A stretch of DNA of 64,000 bases from an uncultured bacterium (GCA_963827235.1 CAWHAE010000018.1:352001-416000); one strand, 5' to 3'; numbered from the stretch's first letter, positions 29,340-39,456 are shown. Notes: a model not told the origin generated them from the sequence alone. Numbers and translations: made by a program.

Positions 29340-30718
29340 ATGAACGGCACACCGCGCTCCGCCCGAAACCGATTGGGCCTTGGGCTGCTGACGGCGATCC
29401 TTCTCTGGACGATCGTCGTCCCCACCGGCTGCCCGCCCCGGGCCGCCGCCGCGACGCCGGGTGCCGGCGCCACCACGACCGCGGCAGGTTTCATCACCCT
29501 CCTTGCCGCGTCCCGCTTCGCCGCTGCCGGGCAGCTCGTAGCGCCGTCCGTTCGGAGCACCATGACGGCAGCCGTGCTGCAACATGTCTGGCAGGCCCTG
29601 CTCAAGCGGTTCGGCCCCTTCCAGCGCCAGGAAGGCACGAGCGAACAGGAGGCAGGAGGGTACGGCAACGTCACCGTGACCTGTGCCTTCGGCTATGGCG
29701 ACGCCGGCCTGATCGTCACGATCGACCGCACCGGCAAGGTCGCGGGCCTGCATATCGCGCAGGCCACGGTGCCGTACGTGGCGCCGAGCTAGTGCATGCC
29801 GCTTCGTTCCATGAGCAGGCGGTGACCGTGGGCAGCGCGCCGTGGGCTCTGCCCGGCACCCTGACCATGCCTGACGGGAAGGGACCGTTTCCTGCCGTCG
29901 TGCTGGTAGCAGGCTCCGGGGCGCAGGATCGCGACGAGACCGTGGGCGCCAACCAGCCGTTCCGCGACCTGGCCTGGGGTCTCGCCTCGCGCGGCGTCGC
30001 CGTGCTGCGCTACGATAAACGCACCCTGGTCTACGCCGGCCGGATCGCCAAGCTTACCGGCTTCACGCTGCAGGACGAGATCGTCGACGACGCCAAGGCG
30101 GCTGCTGGGCTCCTCACCCGGATGCCGGGCGTCGACGCCAGGCACATCTACGTCCTCGGTCACAGCCTGGGCGGCACGGCAGTACCGCTGGTCGCCCGCC
30201 AGGATGCGCGTATAGCGGGACTGGTCATCATGGCAGGTCCCACTCGCCCGCTCGTGGACGTGCTCTTCGACCAGTACCTGTACTTCCAGTCACGCGGCCT
30301 GATCACCGCCGCCCAGGTAGCCGCCGTGAAGAAGCAGGTCGAGGCGATCGACGCCTTGACGCCTGCCGACGCCGGGCGCGGTAGCAACCTGATGGGAGCG
30401 CCCGCCTCGTACTGGCTCTATCTGCGCGACTACCATCCGGCCGCCGTCGCCCGCGGCCTGAGCGTGCCCATGCTGATCATGCAGGGCGCACGCGACTACC
30501 AGGTCACGCTGGCCGACTTCAGCGGCTGGAAACAGGCCCTGGCCGGCCGACAGACGGTGACCTTCAAGCTCTACGCCAACCTCTTCCACCTGTTCATCCC
30601 CGTGCCCCCGGGGAGCCCGGCCGGCCTGGCCATGCCGGCCGCCTACGGCGTGGCCGGACACGTCGACCCCCAGGTGATCGCGGACATTGCCGCCTGGGTC
30701 ACCGCGGCGCGCTGGTAA
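29340..30718 (+). CDS. Secreted DUF3887-like + alpha/beta hydrolase, frameshifted at about 29791
   Basis: Signal peptide in ORF 29340..29792; hydrolase motifs GSGAQDRDE, GHSLGG, QGARDYQV and HLF in the next frame. One extra base restores APSYVHAASFHE. Confidence 0.82.
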
Positions 30719-30731
30719 CCCACCGGCGGTG

Positions 30732-32123
30732 TCAAGCCGTCTGATTGCCGTCTTCCAGACGAAAGACGCCGGTATCGTCCTGATAGGTGAAGATCTCCGC
30801 GTAGCGACCCCAATCGACGGCGGTGTCCAGCTGTGCGCGCGCTTCCTTCTGGCTGAAGTAGGTCTCGAGCTGCGCCAGGAACACTTGCTCGTCGACCATG
30901 CGACTTGGCGAGGCGTCCAGGGCCTGCACGATCTGGCGCAGAATGGCGATTCTCGCCATGGCCTGGGTGCGGAATAGCTCCTTTTCATCCAGCACGCTGG
31001 CTTCGGCGAAGCGCTTGCCCTGCTCCGTCAGCAGCAGATCGCCTTGCTCCGTGTCCGCGAAGCCGAGCAGGTCGGCAGCGTCCACGAGCGGCAACAGATC
31101 GTCCAGCTCCAGGTGCAGCCGGCGACCGAGATCGTAGAGGTCGTCGCGACCGCCGTGGGCGTAGACCAATTCGATCAAGCCGGTCAGGTCGCCGATTCCG
31201 GTGTGCGGCAGCACCTGGTAGTGGCGCGGCGGCATCACCAGCCGTCCGGACGTGATCCCCGGCGCTGGCGTCGGCAGCAGTGCGGCGATATCCTCCTCCG
31301 GGCTGGTCATGATCTTGTAGATCAGATCGACCCGCTCGGTATGCTCCGGGCAAACGGCCGTACGCTTGTCGAGCGGAAGGCCTGCCAGCTCGACCCGAAT
31401 GTGGCCCGGATTGGCGCCAAGCACCAGGATCCGATCGGCCATGCTCACGGCGTCGTCGATGTTGTGCGTGACCATCAGCATTGCCTTGGTGGGCACATTG
31501 CGCGCGTGCCAGAGCGCCATCAGCTCCTTGCGCAGGTTGGCCGCCGTGAGCACGTCGAGCGCGCTGAACGGCTCGTCCATGAACAGCAGCTCCGGCTCGA
31601 CCACCAGGGCCCGCGCGAAACCCACCCGCTGGCGCATGCCGCCGGACAGCTCCTTGGGAAAGGCGTCCTCAAACCCATCCAGACCGATCAGGTCGATCGC
31701 CGCCAGGGCGCGCTTGAGCATCTGCGTACGAGGCAGGTCATGCGCCTGCAGGCCAAGCTCCACGTTCTGCAGCACCGTGAGCCAGGGGAAGAGCGCGAAG
31801 GACTGGAAGACCAGCGCCACGTTCGGGTTCGGCCCGCGTTGCCGCGATCCTTTGAAGTAGACCTCGCCCGTCGACGGTTGCAACAAGCCGGCCAGTATGC
31901 GCATCAAGGTAGACTTGCCGGAGCCCGAAGGGCCGAGCAGAGCGACGAACTCGCCGGCGCTAACCCGCGCGTCGATCGTGTCCAGCACGAGGGGCGGCGG
32001 CGCGCTGCGACCGCTCCCATCGCCGGCATAGCGCATGGTGATGCCGCGGGCGTCGAGCAACAGCTCCCCCGCTGGCACGATCGTAGGTGATGGATCCGTT
32101 CCCGTTTGAAGCGTTGTACCCAT
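30732..32123 (-). CDS. NitT/TauT-type ABC ATP-binding protein with C-terminal AAA-associated domain
   Basis: Motifs GPSGSGKST, LSGGMRQRVGFARAL and MDEPFSALD; C-terminal extension ending AVDWGRYAEIFTY. Confidence 0.9.
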   Translation of the reverse strand: MGTTLQTGTDPSPTIVPAGELLLDARGITMRYAGDGSGRSAPPPLVLDTIDARVSAGEFVALLGPSGSGKSTLMRILAGLLQPSTGEVYFKGSRQRGPNPNVALVFQSFALFPWLTVLQNVELGLQAHDLPRTQMLKRALAAIDLIGLDGFEDAFPKELSGGMRQRVGFARALVVEPELLFMDEPFSALDVLTAANLRKELMALWHARNVPTKAMLMVTHNIDDAVSMADRILVLGANPGHIRVELAGLPLDKRTAVCPEHTERVDLIYKIMTSPEEDIAALLPTPAPGITSGRLVMPPRHYQVLPHTGIGDLTGLIELVYAHGGRDDLYDLGRRLHLELDDLLPLVDAADLLGFADTEQGDLLLTEQGKRFAEASVLDEKELFRTQAMARIAILRQIVQALDASPSRMVDEQVFLAQLETYFSQKEARAQLDTAVDWGRYAEIFTYQDDTGVFRLEDGNQTA

Positions 32124-32136
32124 GCTTGTCTTTCCC

Positions 32137-33951
32137 TCAATCCAGGGTATAGCGGCGCTCGGCGAGCCCGTAGAGCCGGCGCCAGACCATCCGGTTGACG
32201 GACACCACGACGATGGCCATGAGGACGGTGGCGGCCAGCAGCTCGGGAAAGTGCCCGGCGTTCGCTGCCTCGGCAATGCGCGCGCCTAGCCCAACGGTAC
32301 TCACCGTGCGGCTATTGAACTGCACGTATTCCGACACGATGCTGGCGTTCCAGGCGCCGCCGCTCGCCGTGATCATGCCGGTCACCAGATAGGGGAAGAT
32401 GGCGGGCAGGATCAGGGTACGCCACCGCTGGCGCCGCCCGAGCCGGTACACCGTCGAGGCCTCGCGCAGGTCGCTGGGAATGGCCATGGCGCCCGCGATC
32501 ACGTTGAAGAGGATGTACCACTGCGTGCCGAGCAGCATCAGCAGGATGGCAGGCAGCGACAGGCCGCCCGGCGCCTTGATCAGCACGATCAGCAGCACGG
32601 GGAAGAGCGCCGTGGCCGGAATGGAGGCGATGACCTGTACCACGGGCTGCAACCGCCGGGACCAGGTTGGCGACATGCCGATCGCCACGCCCACCGGCAC
32701 GGTCCAGGCCACGCCGATCGCCAGTGCGGTCAGCGTGCGCCCGAGGGTTGCCGCCGCGGCCAGGACCAGCGCGCCCCAGGTGGCCGCGTCCACCTGAACG
32801 AGGAGAGCCACGAGCTTGGCCAGACCGCCGGCTACGAGTCCGGCGGCTATTACGGCGAAAACGAGCGCCACCACTCGCCGCACCGCGCTCGCCGCCGTCG
32901 ATGCCGCCTCCGGACTGCGCTCGGCGCCCGGCAGCGGCTGCATGCGGTTGAGGAGACCGGCCAACAGCGCCCCGAGCGGGCGGAACAGACGCCGGCGCGC
33001 CAACGCCACCAGCGCGGAGCTTCGCAGCGCGTCCAGCACCGGCGAGCGCGGCGGCGCGCTGCCGCTCGACATCTCCAGCTTGAACTTGTCGGCCCACGCC
33101 ACCAGCGGGCGCCAGAACAAGAAGTCGAGCGCCACGATCAGCAGCACCAACGTCGTCAGACCGAGGACTATGGCGCCGCCATCCCCCTTGTTGGCCGCTA
33201 CCTGCAGGTACGAACCCAAACCGGGTAGCTGAAATGAGCGGCTGCCCATGGTGAATTGCTCCGAGGCCATCAGGAAGAACCAGCCGCCGGCCCAGCTCAT
33301 CATGCTGTTCCAGATCAGTCCCATCGCCGCCGAGGGAAGCTCCAGCGTGGTGAAGCGCCTCCAGGGCCGCAGGCGATAGATCGTCGCCGCCTCCTTCAGG
33401 TCCGCGGCCTCGGTGCGCGCCGAATGGTAGAAGCTGAAGGTCATGTTCCAGGCCTGGCTGGTGAAGATCAGGATCACGCTGGCAAGCTCGAGTCCGATAT
33501 TTGAGCCGGGAAAGAGGGCGACAAGTGCGAGGACCACGGCCGGAAGGAAGGAGAGGATCGGGATGCTCTGCAAGATGTCGAGCACGGGCACCATCACCAC
33601 TGCCGCGCGCCGGTTCGTCGCGGCAATGTGCCCGTACACCAGCGTGAAGGTGAGCGAGAGCAGGTAGGCGAGGATCATGCGCAGCAGGGAATATCCGGCA
33701 TAGGCCGGCAGCGCCGAAGCCGCCAGGCTGATGTGCACCGCCGGCGTGAGCCGCGCCGTCCACCGCGAGGCTGCCGCCACCAGAAGGGCGATGCCGGCGA
33801 GTACGCCGGCGGCGACCAGCAGGTCGATACCGCCAAACCGTCCCGGCGAGAGCGAGGTGGATGGCACTGCACTGTCCGGCTGCCGCCGCGGTTCCGGGCG
33901 CTGCAGCTGGGCACGCTCGCGCGCGTTCTCGGGCACGAAGACCTGGGCCAT
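32137..33951 (-). CDS. NitT/TauT-type ABC permease with two tandem membrane modules
   Basis: Motifs DILQSIPILSF, WNSMMSWAGGWFFL, LGTQWYILFNVIAG and ITASGGAWNASIVSE; AGGAG RBS. Confidence 0.9.
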   Translation of the reverse strand: MAQVFVPENARERAQLQRPEPRRQPDSAVPSTSLSPGRFGGIDLLVAAGVLAGIALLVAAASRWTARLTPAVHISLAASALPAYAGYSLLRMILAYLLSLTFTLVYGHIAATNRRAAVVMVPVLDILQSIPILSFLPAVVLALVALFPGSNIGLELASVILIFTSQAWNMTFSFYHSARTEAADLKEAATIYRLRPWRRFTTLELPSAAMGLIWNSMMSWAGGWFFLMASEQFTMGSRSFQLPGLGSYLQVAANKGDGGAIVLGLTTLVLLIVALDFLFWRPLVAWADKFKLEMSSGSAPPRSPVLDALRSSALVALARRRLFRPLGALLAGLLNRMQPLPGAERSPEAASTAASAVRRVVALVFAVIAAGLVAGGLAKLVALLVQVDAATWGALVLAAAATLGRTLTALAIGVAWTVPVGVAIGMSPTWSRRLQPVVQVIASIPATALFPVLLIVLIKAPGGLSLPAILLMLLGTQWYILFNVIAGAMAIPSDLREASTVYRLGRRQRWRTLILPAIFPYLVTGMITASGGAWNASIVSEYVQFNSRTVSTVGLGARIAEAANAGHFPELLAATVLMAIVVVSVNRMVWRRLYGLAERRYTLD

Positions 33952-34089
33952 GTAGCTCCTTGGGCGGACAAGCAGAGTGTGGCCGGTAGGTTGCGCGAGG
34001 GGGATTCCATGGAGATTGTCCAGGATCATGCCCCGCCGGGCAAGCAGTCTTGTCTCCGTGCGATCACTTGGACGCTGGCCGCGCCACAG

Positions 34090-35730
34090 TCACTGGCCGC
34101 GCTGCACGTCGGCGCGACTGAATCCAAACACTCCCAAAGCCAGCACCACCGCGGCGAGCGCAGCCATGGCGAGCGAGGCCCCCCAGCGTGGCCCGTCCGT
34201 GATCGGGCTGCCGTATTGATGGAACATGGACAGGTCGGCCAGCCAGGCCGGCAGGTTGAGCACTGTGTAGAGCAGCGAGGCCACGAAGGAAAGCGCGACC
34301 AGCCCGCCGACCACGCCGGTGCCTATCGCGGCCGCCGCTCGGCCCGCCAGCAGAAACACCACGCTGGCCGTGATCAGCTCCAGGGGGAAGATGCCCAGCA
34401 TGGCCGCAGTCACGTACCCGGCTTCGAGGTTCAGGCCCGCCAGGCGACCACTCACCAGCACGATCAGCTCGACGACCACCGGCGCACCGGCGAGCAGCAG
34501 TGTGAGAGCGCCAAAACGCTCCAGTATTACGCGCCGGCGCGGCGCCGGCGTGGCCAGCACCAGTTCCAGCGCGCCGGCATCCAGATCGCGCGCCCAGGCC
34601 CCGGCTTCCACCAGGGCGTAGAGCACGAGCAAGAGCGGCAGGTAAAGGAACAAAATAGCGGCCAGGAAGCCCGCGTCGGTCATCACGTTGTGGCTACCCA
34701 GGAGCTGGCTGGCCTGGCGAGGTGCGTCGGCCAGTATCTTGCGCAGGCTGTCCTCGGTGCTCCGGGCGGCACCGGTGGTCCAGGCGCCGTACATGCCCAG
34801 ACCGGCAATCCACCACACCGCCGCAGGTGCTTGCGAGGCGAGGCCGCGCGCCCACACGGAACCCAGGGACCGGCTAGCCAGCGCTCGGTCGAGCGCCGCG
34901 CCACCGGCAGCCGTCGGACGCACTCCATGGTGTTTCCACGCCACGCCGCCCACATCGCGGAGCAGGAAGAGCGGAATGCTGGCTGCGCCCAAGACCACGG
35001 CCAGTAGGACCAGCACCAGCACGCCGCCGCCGTCGATTCCGCGGGAGGCGATCAAGGGCTTGCTGAGACTATAGTAGTAGAGTGGCGAAAGGTGCTGGAG
35101 CCAGCCTGCTTTGGCGACGCGGCCCGTGCCATCCATCAGGTAGGCCAACACCATCACCGTGCCCGACAGACCGGCCGCGGTACCAGCCGTCCGCACCACC
35201 TGGGCCAGCAGCAAGGCCAGCATGCCGAACACCAACGCTGCCAGGCTGACGTTGAGACCTGCCAGCAGCGCAGCCCCGGCATCAACCTGCACGCCTGCCT
35301 TGGACTCGCCGCCCATCACGCCTAACCCAATCACGGCCCCGATTGCGGCCAGGGCAGTGACCAGGGCAACCAGCTTCTCGCCTATCACCCGTGAGCGGGA
35401 GCGGGGCGTAGCCAGCAGGACGTCCAGCGAATGTCGCTCCTCCTCGCGCCGGAGCAGACGCGCGCCGGCCAACACGGCCCAGATGCCCAGGAAGGGAGGC
35501 AGAGAGTCCATCACCTTCCAGGTCGTGTAGCCGCCCATCGTCGTCAGGGCGATGGGGTCGCCGAAGAAGCGCATGCTCTGGCCAAGCGAGGCCGCGTCCT
35601 GCCTCGCGCTCAGGCTCAGCTGGGCAAAAGCATACATATTGGCGTAGACCAGGAACGCGAGTCCGATACCCCAGCCCAGAATCGGCACGCGATACTCGCG
35701 CAGCGTCTTGGTCCAGATCGATCGCAGCAT
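34090..35730 (-). CDS. ABC-2 exporter permease (duplicated membrane domain)
   Basis: Two similar halves (LDVLLATPRSRSRV / LELVLATPAPRRRV). Confidence 0.87.
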   Translation of the reverse strand: MLRSIWTKTLREYRVPILGWGIGLAFLVYANMYAFAQLSLSARQDAASLGQSMRFFGDPIALTTMGGYTTWKVMDSLPPFLGIWAVLAGARLLRREEERHSLDVLLATPRSRSRVIGEKLVALVTALAAIGAVIGLGVMGGESKAGVQVDAGAALLAGLNVSLAALVFGMLALLLAQVVRTAGTAAGLSGTVMVLAYLMDGTGRVAKAGWLQHLSPLYYYSLSKPLIASRGIDGGGVLVLVLLAVVLGAASIPLFLLRDVGGVAWKHHGVRPTAAGGAALDRALASRSLGSVWARGLASQAPAAVWWIAGLGMYGAWTTGAARSTEDSLRKILADAPRQASQLLGSHNVMTDAGFLAAILFLYLPLLLVLYALVEAGAWARDLDAGALELVLATPAPRRRVILERFGALTLLLAGAPVVVELIVLVSGRLAGLNLEAGYVTAAMLGIFPLELITASVVFLLAGRAAAAIGTGVVGGLVALSFVASLLYTVLNLPAWLADLSMFHQYGSPITDGPRWGASLAMAALAAVVLALGVFGFSRADVQRGQ

Positions 35731-35737
35731 GTGACAC

Positions 35738-36676
35738 CTACCCTTCGCCGGCCGCCGCGAGGTCGCGCGGCGCCTGGTGCGCCTGAGCCGGCTCGTAGAA
35801 GCGCAAGAAGACTTCTTCCAGGCTGGGCTCCTGCGAGGTCATGGCAATCGCGTCGTGCTGCGCGGCCACTTTCAGCACCGCGCTCAAGTCGTGCAGCACC
35901 GTCAGATGCAGGGCCAGTCCCCCGCCTGCGCTTTCGACGCGCTCCACGCCCGGCAGGCAGGCAAACCAGGCCGGCGTCGCCGGCGCGGCAAAGCCGATGT
36001 CGACCACGTGGTGTCTGAGCGCGCGGAGCGCGACCACGTGATCGACTTTGACCAGCCGGCCCTCGCGAATGATGCCCACGCGGTCGCAGGTATGCTCCAC
36101 TTCCGGCAGGATGTGCGAGGAGAGGAAGATGGTCTGGCCCTGCTGCCGGGCCTCATCCACCAGGGCATAGAATTGCTGCTGGTTGAGGGGGTCGAGCCCG
36201 CCGGTGGGCTCGTCCAGAATCAGCAAGCGCGGCCGGTGCATGAAGGCCTGCACGAGGCCCACCTTCTGCTTGTTGCCGCGCGAATAGTCGCGGCAGCGTC
36301 TGTTTGGGTCGAGGTCCAGGCGCTCGACCAGCATTTGCACGTACGCTTTGTCCACGCCGCCACGCAGGTTCGCCAGGTAGGCGAGAGTCTGCGCGCCGGT
36401 CAGCGAAGGATCGAGCAAGAATTCGCCCGGTAGATAGCCGACCAGGCGCTTGACCGCCGCGGCCTGGCCCCAGCAGTCCAGATCTCCGATCGTGGCGCGT
36501 CCGCGCGTGGGCCGCAACAGCCCCATGAGCAGGCGGATAGCCGTCGTCTTGCCGGCCCCGTTGGGTCCCAGGAAGCCGAACACCTCGCCCTCGGCTACCT
36601 CCAGGGTGACCCCTTCGATGCCGCGCGCGCTGCCGTACTCCTTCGTGAGATCGTGTGTCGCGATGATCAGAGCCAT
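35738..36676 (-). CDS. ABC exporter ATP-binding protein
   Basis: Motifs GPNGAGKTT, YSRGNKQKVG, LDEPTGGLDP and SSHILPEV; GGAGGTGA RBS. Confidence 0.93.
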   Translation of the reverse strand: MALIIATHDLTKEYGSARGIEGVTLEVAEGEVFGFLGPNGAGKTTAIRLLMGLLRPTRGRATIGDLDCWGQAAAVKRLVGYLPGEFLLDPSLTGAQTLAYLANLRGGVDKAYVQMLVERLDLDPNRRCRDYSRGNKQKVGLVQAFMHRPRLLILDEPTGGLDPLNQQQFYALVDEARQQGQTIFLSSHILPEVEHTCDRVGIIREGRLVKVDHVVALRALRHHVVDIGFAAPATPAWFACLPGVERVESAGGGLALHLTVLHDLSAVLKVAAQHDAIAMTSQEPSLEEVFLRFYEPAQAHQAPRDLAAAGEG

Positions 36677-36933
36677 GTTTCACCTCCTTCCAAGGCCAGG
36701 ACTGTCGCCCGGCGTGGAGGACGAACGTTCATACAGTATGTGGCTCAGTCGACTGATTCGGGCTGATCGACTTTTCTGCTTGCACCGGGCTGCGACCGCG
36801 GCTCGGCAATGCTCTACTTCATCCCAGGCTAGACTGTGAGTCTTGACTGGGCTCGTATGCTTGGCGATTGCGCGGTGCAGAGCGTATGGGCTTGGTCTGA
36901 TCGCCCGCGCTCAGTCGCTCCGCCGGTCCCGGC

Positions 36934-37170
36934 CTACGCCTCGACCAGGCAGTTGCAGGCCGCGCACGAGAGCTTCGGGAAGTTGAAGGTCAGCGAACCT
37001 CCGCAGAACGGGCAAGGATCGGTGACCACCATCTCCTCGACTTCCCAGGGCTGATTGACATGTTGGGCATAGAGGCGCGCATACAAGGAAAGCAGTGCCT
37101 GTTCGCGTTCTTCACGTGCGGCAGTCAGTTTGCCAGGTTCGCGACCATCTTGCGATTGAGGAGCCGTCAC
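36934..37170 (-). CDS. Small protein with C-terminal CxxC..CxxC zinc ribbon
   Basis: CPFC-X11-CAAC; GAGGAG RBS before GTG; 66 nt downstream of the Nramp-related gene. Confidence 0.65.
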   Translation of the reverse strand: MTAPQSQDGREPGKLTAAREEREQALLSLYARLYAQHVNQPWEVEEMVVTDPCPFCGGSLTFNFPKLSCAACNCLVEA

Positions 37171-37236
37171 CTCGGTCCTCCTCTCCGGGCCTGAGCGGCG
37201 GGTCGAAGGCCCCGGATCCCGCCGCGCAAATCCCGC

Positions 37237-38904
37237 TCAGTGCCCAATCGCGAGCTGCACGACCTTCACGACCAGGAGCAGAACAGCGATCACGAGGTAC
37301 GCTTGCAACGTCAGCATAGCGGCCTTGGTGCCCAGGGACCACACCGGTCTGGGCAGCGTGTGCAGGGGCGGCATGCGCCAGGTATGCTTGTCTTCTGCTT
37401 CCACCGGTGCGGCCACGTCACGGCCGGTCCGGCGCAGGGTGAGGGCGCCGAGCACCACCAACCCAAGCAACAACGAGACGCCAAGCCACGCCGCCAGCCG
37501 GCCGGCGTCCAGCGCCGGGAACATGGTGGAGGCAGCGAGAATCAGCGAGAGCATAACCAGCACACCGACAATCGTGCAGGCCAGGATATTGACCCACACT
37601 CTGTTCACCCAGGGGCCAAGCACATCCTTGTCGTTGCAGAGCAGGATCAGGAACACGGTGGCGCTCGGCAGCAGTACTCCGGCAAGGGCTTGCACCGCGG
37701 TCGTCATGAGGCCGAGCGGCGCACCAGGGATGAGCACGATGCCGCCGGCGACCAGCACCAGGCCACCGTAGAGAGCGTAGAAGGCCCGCGCATCCCTCCA
37801 CGAACGATGCAGAGAATGCTTGACGCCGAAGACGTCACCGAAGGCATAGCTCGTGGACAGCGTCACTGCAGCGGCTCCGATCAGCGAGGCGTTGAGCAGC
37901 ATGATCGCGAACAGTGCACCGGTGACCGAGTTTACGTGCTGGGCCAGGGCCGTAGCCGTCGTGCCGGCGTCGGCGAACTGCCCAAACAGGGCGGTACCTT
38001 TGAAAGCGAAAGCCGTAACCACCATCAGGGCCGCGGCGCCCACGACCACCACCGCGGAGCCGATCACCGTGTCGGCACGCTCATAGGCCATCCAGCGTGG
38101 CGTCAGGCGCTTGTCGATCACGTTGGACTGCTGGAAGAACAGCTGCCAGGGCGCGACTGTCGTGCCGACAATGGCGATAATCAGCATCATCGCGGTGGAA
38201 GTCAGACCCCCATGCACGCTCGGCACGAAGGCGTCGTGCGCGATCTGGCCCGCCGCCGGGTGAACGGAGAGCGCCATGGGAATGGCCACGAAATTGGCGG
38301 CGATGAGCAGGTACATGCAGCGCTCCCAATTGCGGAAGCTACCCGTCACTGTGCTGCCAATCAGCAGCGCGACCGCCAGCGGTACGGAGATGTAGGGACT
38401 GACACCGAAGTAGGCGAGGGCAAGGCTGACGCCGATAAACTCGGTGACGATGGTCAGGAAGTTGAGCAGGAACAGGTCGCCCACCGAGAAGGCGCCCCAG
38501 AACTTGCCGAAACGCTCGAGGATCAGCCGGGCGTGCCCCACCCCGGTGACAAGGCCGAGGCGCACGACCATCTCCTGGTTCACGATCAGCACCGGAACCA
38601 GCAAGAGCAGCACCCAGAGCAGGCTGGTGCCGAAATTCTGTCCGGCCTGCGCATAGGTCGCCACGCCACCGGCGTCATTGTCGCCGACCATCACGATCAG
38701 GCCGGGGCCCATCACGGCGAGCAGCGTGAGCAGGCGCGCCCTCCAGGTTGTGCGAGGAGCGAGATCGTGTTGGCGCACGGTGCCTAGCGCACCGCGAATG
38801 TCGCCGCGGTGCGCATCGTCAAGCACCGCGTCGCGGCGTCGCTCCACGTCCGGCAGCGCCACCGCGCCCTGGCCCCCCGTTAGGGTGAGATCTTGTGTCG
38901 TCAT
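37237..38904 (-). CDS. Nramp-related divalent cation transporter, probably Mg2+ (NrmT-type)
   Basis: Nramp fold motifs with GDNDAGG in place of DPGN and GTTVAPWQ in TM6; downstream of an M-box riboswitch. Confidence 0.9.
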   Translation of the reverse strand: MTTQDLTLTGGQGAVALPDVERRRDAVLDDAHRGDIRGALGTVRQHDLAPRTTWRARLLTLLAVMGPGLIVMVGDNDAGGVATYAQAGQNFGTSLLWVLLLLVPVLIVNQEMVVRLGLVTGVGHARLILERFGKFWGAFSVGDLFLLNFLTIVTEFIGVSLALAYFGVSPYISVPLAVALLIGSTVTGSFRNWERCMYLLIAANFVAIPMALSVHPAAGQIAHDAFVPSVHGGLTSTAMMLIIAIVGTTVAPWQLFFQQSNVIDKRLTPRWMAYERADTVIGSAVVVVGAAALMVVTAFAFKGTALFGQFADAGTTATALAQHVNSVTGALFAIMLLNASLIGAAAVTLSTSYAFGDVFGVKHSLHRSWRDARAFYALYGGLVLVAGGIVLIPGAPLGLMTTAVQALAGVLLPSATVFLILLCNDKDVLGPWVNRVWVNILACTIVGVLVMLSLILAASTMFPALDAGRLAAWLGVSLLLGLVVLGALTLRRTGRDVAAPVEAEDKHTWRMPPLHTLPRPVWSLGTKAAMLTLQAYLVIAVLLLVVKVVQLAIGH

Positions 38905-38974
38905 CGGTGTACCTTCCTACGGTGCAGGAGTCGCTGGACCGTGGTTCGGGAGGTCACCGGTGACACCAGCTACC

Positions 38975-39091
38975 TCACTTGGGCCGCGGTTCCGCGACGA
39001 GACGTGGACTGCCGGAGGCCGACTGCCATTCACCCAGCATCCCATTGGGTGGAGGCTCCGCCGGCTTGGCTGTGCCATCACTGACGCTCAT
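38975..39091 (-). CDS. Putative proline-rich leader peptide (38 aa)
   Basis: AGAGGA RBS; MSVSDGTAKPAEPPPNGMLGEWQSASGSPRLVAEPRPK*; ends 70 nt before the transporter start. Below the ORF-track cutoff and translated by hand. Confidence 0.5.
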   Translation of the reverse strand: MSVSDGTAKPAEPPPNGMLGEWQSASGSPRLVAEPRPK

Positions 39092-39126
39092 CGTGTGTCC
39101 TCTGCTTGTCTACAGGCCAGGAGCGC

Positions 39127-39366
39127 CTACGCGGCGGCCCTGGTGTGGGCGGTATGGCATTCTTCGCCATGCAATGCGCGGCCGGCATCATGCTCATCGA
39201 TCCAGCGAGCCTCGAGCCGGCACTTGCCGCACGCATCGACGACGGGAATCCATTGGGCAACCATGGCGCGCCTCTCCCTGGGCCACGATTCCCTGACGGC
39301 ACTGGATGGCTCCGGCCGATCCGGCGCGGCAGTGCGGCGGGGGACAGAGAAAACGCGAATGCTCAT
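39127..39366 (-). CDS. Small hypothetical protein (79 aa) in the M-box-controlled transcript
   Basis: Strong GGGAGGTG RBS just after the leader terminator; contains MVAQWIPVVDACGKCRLEARW. Confidence 0.55.
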   Translation of the reverse strand: MSIRVFSVPRRTAAPDRPEPSSAVRESWPRERRAMVAQWIPVVDACGKCRLEARWIDEHDAGRALHGEECHTAHTRAAA

Positions 39367-39396
39367 GGCGCACCTCCCTGGATGGACTCCCCACCC

Positions 39397-39429
39397 AAAA
39401 GAAAACCTCTCGGCTCACTCGCCGAGAGG
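39397..39429 (-). terminator. Intrinsic terminator (attenuator) inside the leader
   Basis: Minus strand CCTCTCGGC-GAGTGA-GCCGAGAGG-TTTTCTTTT. Confidence 0.85.
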
Positions 39430-39456
39430 CACGTGCGTCACCCGCCTGAACGATCC

